This document shows positions 12,197 through 23,365 of a DNA stretch of 64,000 bases, one piece after another. The stretch is from positions 16,475-80,474 of the forward strand of contig JAUCBJ010001346.1 in the NCBI GenBank assembly GCA_032718475.1, given 5' to 3'. The position numbers and the translations under genes were made by a program. The notes under the pieces were generated by a model that was not told the DNA's origin, did no database searches, and saw only the letters and a list, made by a program, of their open reading frames with translations. This DNA is from Nemertoderma westbladi. Lineage: Eukaryota; Animalia; Xenacoelomorpha. Within the stretch, counting starts at the first letter, position 1; every line of letters starts with the position of its first letter.

Positions 12197-13949
12197 TACT
12201 ACTGTAGATTCAGAGCTACTATTTTTAACGACAAAATCAGCCAGGCCGCACAAGTACACCTTTCGTTGTTACCTATAGGTGATTATTTTAAATCTGTCTG
12301 TCTGTAAATCGTCTTTGCAGATAGAGCATGAGCACTCAGAAAATTAAGGTACTGTTTAATGTAGTATGTACTACTGCTACTGCAGCACTGGTGCTGACAC
12401 TGACAACTGTACCTCTACTGCCGAATGTGGATGTAAGTTTTTATTATAAATAAATGGGCAAAACAATCGACGTATCGACATAATGTTGCAATACATAACT
12501 GCAATGCATTGCATTGCAGCATTGCAGTTTTACAATATTACAAGACAGTACCTAGCACGTAGCACCCCTATCAATACTACTGTACACAGTAGGCCTATGG
12601 ATGAATAGTAAACAGGACTTGAATAGTACTCTAAGTCCATCCAGCCAGATGCCATGGGAAAGTGCTCTATATTCACTATTACTACAGTACTATATAACCT
12701 TGTGTACGGTAGTCGTTCTTGTACAGTCTTTGTGTGTCGAACACACACTATACAGTAGGCTACCATATCAAAGGAAGTGATGTGCTTTTCATGTACAATA
12801 TGACAGTACGATAACAATACCGAACAGTAACTGCCGGTAGGCCTTACTACTGTACATGTAATATTAGTGGTGCAATCGAAACACTTTCAGTATCCCGGTA
12901 CACAGACAGTACACTGTACTGTCTGTACCAGTACCGGTACTTCAACAGATCTGAAGTTTACAATGTCCGGGCTCAGTACACATTTATTTTTTGTGGCATT
13001 TTAATTCGAATTATAGCCATTAGCCAGATTGTAAGTAGGGCCTTATCGCCCCTTGCATCTTTTCCGTCCCTGGTATGATAATTAATTCGCGTGCTATCTC
13101 GTGGATAGAAATCTCTTTGGAGTTTTTGCGCGCGCAATAATGTAATAATGGCATTTTATCGCGCGCTAAAACTCTAAATATATTGGGGGTGCATAATGCA
13201 GTAACTCAGGAAATACGTAATTATAATACTTGTGCTATGATTTAGCTGTTATAGGGCTTTAACTCTATATTGTTGTATTTATTCCGCGCGCTGTGATTGG
13301 TTGTAATGGGGTGCGTTTTTATTCAATGTGGGAAGGGTTTTCTTCTTGTCTATAATACTGTAGAGTTGTTGATTCTCGAAAAAATTGTTGGGCTAGAAAC
13401 AATCGTATAAGGGGTAAGAAGGTGCTGTAAATCGTGTGACGTGGTGTGTTTTTGGTAAAAACACGTGGAAACGATCGAAATGGTATGCCAGGGAAGCCAA
13501 TTTTGAAAATCGGCTGTGAATGGTTGCTACTGCACATACTGTATTTTGACGTCACTACGCAGTGTTCTGATAATTTATTATATTGGTTTCTATTGAGGGT
13601 GATTTTAGATCATTCAACGTCTCGCTGTTAATCTTGCTGTTACTACACTTTTTGTTTATACAGTATGTAAGGATGTAATCCTCCAGCTTTGGTTTGGTTC
13701 CATTATGGTATTGAAAGGTCCATCGCTTATAATATTAATAATATTTAAATTTATATATAGCAGCTCCCTTTCCTATAGTTTGTTCAAGGCGCATTATAAT
13801 ACAAATAACCAACACTGTAAACTGTATATGATGTAAAATAAATTCTCATGAGGATACGAAATACAAATATAAATATACAGTATATTCAAATAGATATACA
13901 AATACAATTGCGCACCCAATTTTACAATTACTGATTACGATTATATAAA

Positions 13950-14220
13950 GCAGTTAATATGAGTCTGGGGGGTCTGCACCCTGAAGACCAGCACCATCCC
14001 GAAATCCCAGTCCCCTCCAAGATCTGCGACTCCCTCACAGGCGCGCAGTGAGTTGGTGCACAACAGCGCGAACTGGAGGTGCCTGTGGACACCGCCCATC
14101 ACCGGGGCCAACCCTCGCCAACACATCCCCTCCAGCCTGGCGATCAGAGTCTCTGCAAAGTGCCGGATGGTTATCTCGGCCTCCTTGCACCAGACGTCGT
14201 CCGTGGTTCCAACAAGGGGA
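13950..14220 (-). mobile_element. 3' fragment of a second CRE-like non-LTR element
   Basis: PLVGTTDDVWCKEAEITIRHFAETL...VHRHLQFALLCTNSL aligns by eye with the C-terminus PFILAATGGMG...WLRRKISFALLRSV of the CRE ORF at 28170. Confidence 0.6.
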
Positions 14221-15599
14221 GTTTATTGTAGTTTTATCTACACCTCTGGGGCGTCAGTTATGAATAATTGTAAAACGGTGCCTTGGGTCGTTTTAAGAAT
14301 ATTAAGTATACAGTGAGTTACTACAAAGTACAAAGACTCTGTCAGTCTCGGTGAAAAGCAATGGTTGTAACTTCGGACACTGTTAAAAGGTGGTTAACAA
14401 AATATATGAGATAATGTACTGCAATACTGTTCTTTGATTTACTCCCATGAATGAGAAAAGATATAGAAACCGGATAAAAGGTTCAGTGGTCGCTGTGAAG
14501 TTACAGTCGTACCTTTTGGTGTAAATAACATAAAATAGTGAATTAATTTTTAAATAATACTGTACCATTGTGCTGCCATGCTTTGATACCGTAAAATACA
14601 GTATAAGTGTATCTGTGAAGACTTTGGTCTATATACAGTAGTGGTTAGAAGTTATTATAATATTTCCAATCTACCTGCCCGCATTATAACGTATGCAGTA
14701 AATAAACGACATATGCTATAGCACATAAAGTATACTAAATATGTATAAATATACCGTTAGCCGAGGGGATTAGCTGCTTATACTGTAGCAAAGGCTAGTT
14801 TCGCGCAGCTATCGAGCTACTGTAACCAGCTTTCGCCCACGATTCCGGTATGCCCTATACAGTATTGTACTTTTTGTGATAACTGATATACAGATAAATA
14901 GAAATACTTACACCTTTCAGTACTTACAGTGGACAGTGGACACCCCTATCCCCACCCCACCCACCTGCCGATCCTAAGCTACCTATTTATTGCAGATTTG
15001 GAAGTGGCCATTGCATGAGTTTTTTTACCTTACTGATAATATAGATTTCACTTTAATTTCGAGGAGAGATTTATCCATTTTGTTTCAATGTGATGCATGA
15101 AAATGCTAATGATCGTGCGCCTACTGTATAATTAAATTTACTCTAGGTATGATGAACAAATTTTGGGTATGTGACTGAGTACCGTAATTGTGATGAACAT
15201 CATTTTTTGATATAGTGGAAATGATGACGCAAATCGATCTGAAAACGTGATACAGCGTAAAATTTTGTTATCATTAATTCGTACTCGATTTATTAGGGTC
15301 GATCCAGCGCTTCCCCAGTTTATTAGACCTTATGTTATGTATGGATGAATTAGAGAATGGTACAATGTTTTGAGAATCGGGGTCGGAAAAATACGACGCA
15401 ATTTGTAAAAAATCCGGGCAGTTTTAGATATTTTGCTTAAAATATAGTTAATGTGTGCAATCCACGATAGCTTACTGTCTATGTAAACGGTAAACGCCTA
15501 GATATTTTGTAGAATTTGTAAATTTTATTTTGGAGCCGTTAATAAACAAATTATGATCGACACCTTTTTATACCTTTTTAGAATGGTGAAACATTTTGT

Positions 15600-16360
15600 T
15601 TGGTTTCTTGTCCAGCTTAATTAACTGTTCTGTATTGAGGTGGGTGAATTTCTAGAGTTAATTATCGCCCCTCGTCATGTGATCTTCTTACCGAAATTTC
15701 TAAAGAATATGTTACCCATAGGTCCAGTGCACCTTGGAAAGCTCCTTTTGTTAAGGGTCCAAAAGTTCACGGTGGAATCCCTTGTTATCTCTGATCCGGT
15801 GTTTGTTGGTATCAATTCACATTCTTCCATTAGGTCTAAAAGTAAGTACCATTTCTGTTCGAACGGGTGTTATACAGTAGGTGTTACCCTTGATGTCTTC
15901 TGGGACAATTTGCGCATTCAGGTCACCCACAATGACTTTAACATTGTGTTTCGGAATGTCCTTTATAAGTCCAGTCAGATCTTCATAAAACTTGACTGCT
16001 TGTTCTGGCTCTGAGGCATTATATTGGTTGGATTGCAACAACATACTGTTATTTTGGGATTCCCATCAAATATTGCAATTATTGCTCTGAAATTTATTGA
16101 TTTTATGTTGTTTAGAGTGAAAATTGAAGATTGAGAAGTGAAAATTGGTTTAGCAGAATTCCTCCTCCACCAATTGATGCTTGGCCGAATTTCTTACTGC
16201 TGAGCTTGTTACTAACGTCCATCCATTTCCAATGTCATTGTACTTCATGGCAGTGTCTTCATGACAAATCCGATGTTCTTGGATACAGATGATGTCGATG
16301 TTATATTCCATTGCCTTGCCAGAGCTACCATGTCACCCTGTTTGTTACCAACGACTCAGG
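15600..16360 (-). pseudogene. Degenerate APE endonuclease region of an RTE-like LINE
   Basis: IDIICIQEHR and FYEDL...IPKHNVKVIVGDLNAQI motifs, with frameshifts. Confidence 0.85.
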
Positions 16361-16693
16361 TTATGGGGTAATATTAAGAACAAGCCCTTGGAGGTTGGAG
16401 GGAAGCCAACACAGAAATTGGCGACCCAATATAATAACAATAGTAGATCGGTCGGCGGCACTGAATTTACCATTAAGTAAGGGTAAAATACCTCACCCAA
16501 TATCACACGGGAAACACCAGTGCAATTTATACTATGTATATGTATCTTAGATACTTTAATCGGTGCAATGCCATTATTAGTTCAGTTGTGTGAAAGTTTT
16601 CGATAGAGTTATGTTAGTGAACTAAGAAGTTCTTACTGGTTTTTGTCAGTAGGCCTACGATTTCACGATTAATTCAGCGCAATTCAACATGCA

Positions 16694-16800
16694 GATTTAT
16701 TAGTAAACTTAGTGACATTATTTTATATCAGCAATTAATACAATACTATATTGTATTAATTGCTGATATAAAATAATGCCATTGAGTTGACTTATAAATC
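16694..16800. repeat. Palindrome: perfect 30-bp arms (16716-16745 / 16749-16778), 3-nt loop, imperfect 22-bp extension
   Basis: cattattttatatcagcaattaatacaata-cta-tattgtattaattgctgatataaaataatg. Confidence 0.95.
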
Positions 16801-17856
16801 GATGAGCTTTCAGAGTGCGTGCATTCATTGTAGCTCATTTCAACACGTTGATTCTTCTTCTTATCTACATACTGTATATCTGTCTTTTGACACACCTGGG
16901 ATTGGTTAGTAAGGTTAGTATGCTGGGTTACTAGCCTACCTTCTTATCTCCTTTATATTTCCGCCAGAAATACGTATTACTGTATTTCTCTCTCAGTTCG
17001 TGGGCGCTGTCCTTTACTGATGAGAGGAGTTATTATTTACTATATGGCGCGAAATTCTGAAAACAACTATGCCACTTTCCGATAGATTAAATCGTTTCCA
17101 ATTTAATTCTGATATTGGTAATATAATAAACACATTTATCGACAAATATCACAAACTCAGTGCAATTTCGCAAAAATAATATTAAAATAGAAAGGAATCG
17201 ATAAGTAATTATCACGAAGATGTCTAAACTGGTGGAATTATTTCAAAGAATTTGTATTTCCCAGTAGTATCTACAGTTAAACAACCAAAGATGTACTGTA
17301 CAATACAGTTATCGTTGTACAGTGGGCCTACAGTAGTCTATATTTATATCTTCCACATGGCATCGCTGATTTGTATTAGGCCAATCAAATATTCTTGGAA
17401 AAAATATCCATGTTCAGCAACAGTTTAGGAACAAATATTTTGAATTCGTTTCAGAACAAAATGAACAACTTCTACCATTATGTTTAGTTTAATGGTCATT
17501 AGTGTGCTACAGTATTGTTGACATTAAACAGAAATATTATGGAAATTCGGCTAGTGTGTTTAGTAACCTAAGAAACTAAGTAAACATTGTAAATCCGACT
17601 AGATATTAATTGAAAAATATTTTTTATGATCCCTTTTTTTGATCATTATGACCCCTTTTTTCATAATGTACCGGTTCCTACTACTACTAGCAGTACCGGT
17701 GTTTGTATTACTATAGTATTACAGTATAGTACCCATTAGGTAACGCCTCATTATTATAGGCGTGCGGACTTTGGTTTTGGGGTGCTGATGCTGAGTCTTA
17801 GGTAATGATGCGGAACCATGCGTATAGTATAGTTTACGGTACTGTGTAAGCATTAA

Positions 17857-18165
17857 CCCTGTAACCGCGGATGTCTCGATTTCTGTTGTTTATTGTTTTG
17901 GTTAGAAAAACCTGACTCGTTAAACTTATAATTTCCCTCAATGGGTAAAGTGTGATCGTTTATTGCTTTGGTTAGAAAAACCCGCCTCTGTAACCTGATC
18001 CTATCCATCAATTGGTAAAGTGATCGTTTATTGTTTTGGTTAGAAAAGCCCGCCACTGTAACCTGCCCCCAAAGGGTAAAGTGATCGTCATCGATTGTTG
18101 TTTTGGTTAGAAAAATTCCTCATAGCTTTTAAATGCCATCTTGTGTGCATGTTAAGGTTACAGAG
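17857..18165. mobile_element. piggyBac-type MITE with four internal ~70-bp subrepeats
   Basis: TTAA on both sides, TIR CCCTGTAACC / GGTTACAGAG (1 mismatch), repeated TTGTTTTGGTTAGAAAA. Confidence 0.75.
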
Positions 18166-19559
18166 TTAATTTAATTAAATTGTATTTTGTACTGTCTGAA
18201 TGTAGTGTGTATTTAATTTATTATAACTTCATTAAAACTGAGTAGGACTGAAAGTCGTTTACTGTGTGAATTACAGTCTGGATGTTGTTTCAGTACAGTC
18301 TGAATGTCGAAAAAAAATGGGGTAATAAAAATAATTTCTAAAAAATAGGGGTAAAAAGAGTAATAAAAGGTGTCAAAATGAGCAGAAACGGGGTCATAAA
18401 AAATAACTGCCATATTAATTCGCGTTCATATTACAGTACCACCTTGTCTGTTTTTGACTAACAAGTTGTTTTGCTGTATCGCCATTCGAAACTAAGATAT
18501 GATGATTTGATAATTTACCTACTGTACAGCACCTGCGGTATATAAATGAACTGATCCTTCTTTCTGTAATTTATCGACCTTTCAAGTTTTTTAACAGAAT
18601 AATTTATTTTGGTACTCCAGTGACATTATCTCCACCTGGTCGCTCCTCCCTGGTCACCAAAACCATAACCTTGTCTTTGCCATTCTAATTATTGGAATGT
18701 CGACGACACATGTACCAATGTACTGTACAGTACGAATTTAATTATCCATTCCCGTGGATCCGTATTGGACCACATGGTTCCATTCCAAGTGTACCTACAG
18801 TATCTACTCTGAAAATCGTAGTATTTTTTAATCACCCTTATGGGACCGCGGCGATCATCAAAGCTAGCGAACGACCTACGGTAGTCGACAGACACGTTGT
18901 ATATAAGATTCCATGAAGCTGTGGTAAAAATATATAGGTCAGTCTACAGTATGTAGACCTACTCTTGTGATGTTTGTATTGTTGAACATGATGCGACAAC
19001 ATTCCCTGAGTGTAAAATGTCCATGAATAATAATTGTATACAATGTACGAACAACCTGCAGTAGCAATTGTATTTCAATCTTTCAACCATTTGTTCACTC
19101 ATTTTATTATTAACTTAAAGTAGAGCAAATATCAACGAACTTACATTACAGTAAGATTATAATAATGGAATCCCAAACTTAGGAAATTACAGTAAGGTAG
19201 GGGTGTATAATACATACAGTAGCATATGAGTCATGTTGTCTCGCATAATAATAGATCAGCCTTGGTTATAATAAAATAATATATATTTGATTTAAATACA
19301 GCAGCACTGTATTTCTCGCTATCTCGATAGGGAATATATCCACGAACGAGAGCAAGTGAGTTAGTGAAGTATATGTTTGGCCTTATCGAAAAAAGGTACC
19401 GGTAGCGGTAGGCCTATCGTGTACCGGTACACGCACATGCCCCATCTCGCAATTGTGCGCTTCCTTGTCCATTGCCTTCGCGCGCTGATGCCTTATATCA
19501 GCATAATATTCAACAAATTCGAACGAGTTCATATAGTAGGCCTAGACTGACTTATATAT

Positions 19560-19770
19560 TTTACAAGTGATATTGATAAAATATCAGTTCGATTCCAGTA
19601 TTTATTACAGAATGAAAGTGCAGTTACCTGGTACCATTTAACTTTACCAATGATAAGCCCAATAAGTCCGATATTAGTGTGTCTCTTTATGTTCCAGATG
19701 GAACAAAATGCTGACTTAGAAGGGTTTTCACCAAAAGACTGGTTATGGTTCGTCGATGACACTTGGAGTA
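19560..19770 (+). pseudogene. Penelope-like reverse transcriptase fragment
   Basis: PMISPISPILVCLFMFQMEQ...PKDWLWFVDDTW resembles the PLE motif MGSPLSPxLANLFM...WxRYVDDT. Confidence 0.75.
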
Positions 19771-19789
19771 CAGTATGCTCTATCTATAA

Positions 19790-21300
19790 TCGGCCTGCTG
19801 CATTGAAGCTGCACATTGTGATGCTATGTCGGCTTAACAGAAAAATTTTGCCACCACCATGCAATCCACAATTGGCAAGCCCAATGCAGCGTGCATTAAG
19901 AATGCTATGCCGGCTTATCAACAAAGTTGCACCGCCACAACTCCCTATCCACCACGGCTTTCGCGAGATCATCCACATCTTCAAGGTCAGTGTCCTTTAG
20001 GAGACCCCTAGATCCCTTCTTATAATAAAATCCTTTAGGAGAGGTCTCATCTCAATAAAGTCATGGGCTGTCCACCATGCTTATTTTCGCCGTGGGGCTG
20101 CCAAAGCACTAGATTGTGAAGAGGCTGGTCCTCACAGAGAAAACAGTGTCCTACAAAGCAGTATACGATGGTTCGACAACATTTGTGTCTACTGTTGACG
20201 GTGACACAGAACCATTTGAAGTGTTATGGGGCGTCCTCCAGGGAGACACACTTGCACCATTCTTGTTCATAATTGTTGTTGACTATGTTCTACGCATGTC
20301 CTTAGATCATCATAATGGTGATGGGGTGATGATAACTCCACCTACTGGCTCCAGAAGTTGAGGAAATCCTGCCAAGTACCTAACTGGTCTAGACTTTGCT
20401 GATGACTTAGGAGTACTCTCAGAATCACTAGAGGGAGCCCAACGGCTCCTCAGCTCATTAGAACATGCTGCTTCTAGTGTTGGGTTTTTTATTAACTCCA
20501 GAAAGACCAAAATTTTGACAGTTAACTTTGAAAGTCCTCAGCAAGTCTCTGATCGGATGAGCATAAGCTCAAAAGATGGTATGCTTGTGCATGTGGGTGA
20601 CTTCTGTTACCTGGGATCATGGATCCGGAAGTCAGGTGAGGACCTTCGAATACGTAAGGGAAAGGCATGGGCAGCCTTGAATAGGCTTTCCAGGATTTGG
20701 AAGTCACCGAGAATTAATCGGAAACTTAAGGTCCGGTTATTTAGAGCAGCAGTAGTTCCAGTACTCCTCTATGGGAGTCCATGCCGGGCTCTAACTGCTG
20801 AGGACAACAAATCTCTGGACGGCACATTCAAAAGAATGCTACGCCGGGTTCATTGTGTTAAGTTCAATGCACACATCTTTAACCAGACACTATATAACAT
20901 TGGAGGTGTCTCATTGGATCCCCCAAGCTTGCCACTAGAACAAAATCGCCTCCGCTTTGCAGGACATTGCTTTCGCCGTGAGGACCAGCCAGTGCATAAT
21001 CTTGTACTTTGGCAGCCTCATGGAGTGAATAAACATGGTGGACAGCCCATGACTTTCTTTAGACGCATCTTAAAGGACACTGGCCTTGAAGATGCGGATG
21101 ATCTAGCAAATGTCATGGGTGATAGGGAGTTGTGGCGGTGCAATTTTGTCGATAAGCCGGCACAGCATTCTTAAAAATGCAGCTGCAATGCAGCATGCCG
21201 ATCCTAGTAGTAGTAGTACAAAGCGGGGGCGGCTTTGCAAGGCCAAGCTTGGGGGAACCAATGAAACACCTTCAATTTTATATAGTGTCTGGTTGGAGAC
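19790..21300 (-). mobile_element. Old RTE 3'-end fragment (19790-20159 plus 21225-21300) split by a younger antisense copy of the same family
   Basis: Colinear diverged similarity to 43880-44200, resuming directly after the insertion. Confidence 0.8.
20160..21216 (+). mobile_element. 5'-truncated RTE-clade LINE (RT C-terminal half), (TAG)n tail, 8-bp TSD
   Basis: GVLQGDTLAPFLF and LDFADD motifs, RLRFAGHC, tail TAGTAGTAGTAG, TSD TACAAAGC at 20152-20159 and 21217-21224. One in-frame stop. Confidence 0.92.
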
Positions 21301-21303
21301 TTA

Positions 21304-21430
21304 ATGTATGCTGATGATATATGCTTCATTTCAAATTAACTACTGGGTTAACAGTGCCTGTTAGATTGTTGTGCAAAATTCACTATCACTCATAATATTA
21401 TATTTAATTTAAAGAAAACTAAAGTAATGT
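21304..21430 (+). pseudogene. Short degenerate LINE RT fragment of a different family
   Basis: MYADDICFISN*LLG*QCLLDCC...NIIFNLKKTKVM. Confidence 0.7.
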
Positions 21431-22492
21431 TTATTATTCCATTAGGTTGTACGTTAAAATACTTTGCCATGATTGACTTGGTCCCCATTCTCCGGGCCCC
21501 AATTTTCCAGCTCCAATAACAAACAATAGAATTGTGCCCGGACAATTCGGACAAATAATCCCATTTAAAAATGCTGGAGCGAAAATAAACAGAGTGAGCA
21601 AAATCAAGGAAAAAATATGTGAGGAATATAAATAAATATAATATTTAATAATTCGAGGTATCATCGAGGTATCATTCGCTGTAGGCCATTTTATTATATT
21701 TAATTTTTAAATCGATAATTCTATTTTATCCCAAAAATTATAAAAAAGTAATCTGCAATCATAATGGTCAGAATAGAATTGAAACAGAAAAATAACAGTG
21801 CTATAATTAATTATAGCCTACTACAGATAATATTTCATTACACTATAATATTATAGTACTAGGGCCTACTACTAAAGCACAGGTATGCAGTTACAGCATA
21901 GCTTAGGTTAACCTTTTCTTTGACAAAATTATATGACAGATAACATTTTGAGTTTCCCCCATGCCAATAATATTTAGCAAACTTTTGAAACAATAAAAAT
22001 TGCCAAAAACTACTCAGAACTATCAATTTATTTTAAGGTCCCTTTCTTCAAATGCCGCCACAAAAAATAAAGTTCTGTACAGCAAAACTCTACACATGAA
22101 AGTAACTAATTTCTTACCCACCCTGAGCAAAAAGCTCGCATAAATGATAAACTAATTATTGTCAGTTTATATCCGTATATTCCATTCTAGAACAGACAAT
22201 AATTCTAGAATATAGAGAGAACTTCCCCTTTGCTTAATATATTTTATATAAGAGTACATGTAATATTAAAATTAGAAATGTAGAAAGTTGATTATAATGT
22301 TTAAACAAGTAAATTAATTAATAAATACTATATTCTAGAAGTCCTTGCTTTAAATAGGAAATTATCTTTGTCAGAGAAAACTGAAAAAATTGTACTACAG
22401 TACAATACTTTATAGAAATTATCATGGGGGGAAATACGACTGAAAAACGTTTGAAACAAACGCATTTCATCCAAATTGAGCATCTATTGTAA

Positions 22493-23365
22493 TTAAATAT
22501 TCATAGTGTATTTAACAACATTCATATTTCCAGCAGCCATGTCTACCAACGCATTGTCAAACTCGCCAGAGTCACGATGAAGTTCAATTTGGGCGGCTTC
22601 CTCTGTGGATCTAGCGAAGGGTTGGCTGATATGCGGTCCCTGACCCTGTTGCAACGAAGAACTACACGAATCGTCCGAGTATGAATCGAGGTAGTGCACG
22701 TAGGGAAGTTCGGAGGGGTGCATTATCTCCCGTGGGATGGGTGTGCGTTTAGGACGTAACGGGTTGTGCGGAATACGTTTTGGGAGTGGGTATCGCATGG
22801 AATCCGCCCCACGACAGCTGCACAACATCTGCATGTTGCACACGACCGGAGAGTCAACCTCTGACAACTCAGTTATATCATTTTCAGCTACTTGCGCATT
22901 ACCATTTTTTGGTGGGAATAACTCTGGGAATATTGCAGCAGCAACTGGGATACTATATTTGTCGCCGGCGAATTTCGCACGGTATTCTGACTCCATCGGC
23001 ACTCCAAAGACCAAACCTGCAGTGGCAGCTGCTAAAATCCCCGAACTCTTATTACATTTCTTAGGTTTTTTTCGTGGTTGATCATCTTTGTTGAAAATGT
23101 AGTTTTTATAAACACGGTACAATATACAGCAAAGTATTCCTACAACCGCTATCACTATCAGCCAAGGGTACCACTTCGCGAATACAGATGGCGATTGTTC
23201 GTCAGCCACAATGCTCTGTACCGTAGAATTTTCCGTGTTGCAACATAGCAGCGTTCCGTTGTCCTCACGTCGCTCGCAACATGTGTTAATATCCTTGAAA
23301 CATAGAACCTCAATAGGGTTGCCGTTGTCACCCTTGCATGTTAATGAATCTTTTCCATCTTCCAT
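22493..23365 (-). CDS. Intronless single-pass membrane protein: Cys-rich N-terminal domain, TM helix, Pro/Ser-rich tail (Shisa/WBP1/VOPP1-like architecture)
   Basis: 290-aa ORF with C..C..CC..CC ectodomain, TM PWLIVIAVVGILCCILY and basic stop-transfer residues. Family assignment from architecture only. Confidence 0.6.
   Translation of the reverse strand: MEDGKDSLTCKGDNGNPIEVLCFKDINTCCERREDNGTLLCCNTENSTVQSIVADEQSPSVFAKWYPWLIVIAVVGILCCILYRVYKNYIFNKDDQPRKKPKKCNKSSGILAAATAGLVFGVPMESEYRAKFAGDKYSIPVAAAIFPELFPPKNGNAQVAENDITELSEVDSPVVCNMQMLCSCRGADSMRYPLPKRIPHNPLRPKRTPIPREIMHPSELPYVHYLDSYSDDSCSSSLQQGQGPHISQPFARSTEEAAQIELHRDSGEFDNALVDMAAGNMNVVKYTMNI

Noticed and set aside
11936-12259. ORF-track N-terminal extension and C-terminal tail of flotillin exon 1
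   Set aside because: Homology and Gly2 place the start at 12196; the tail VRLDLMGI is intron read-through.
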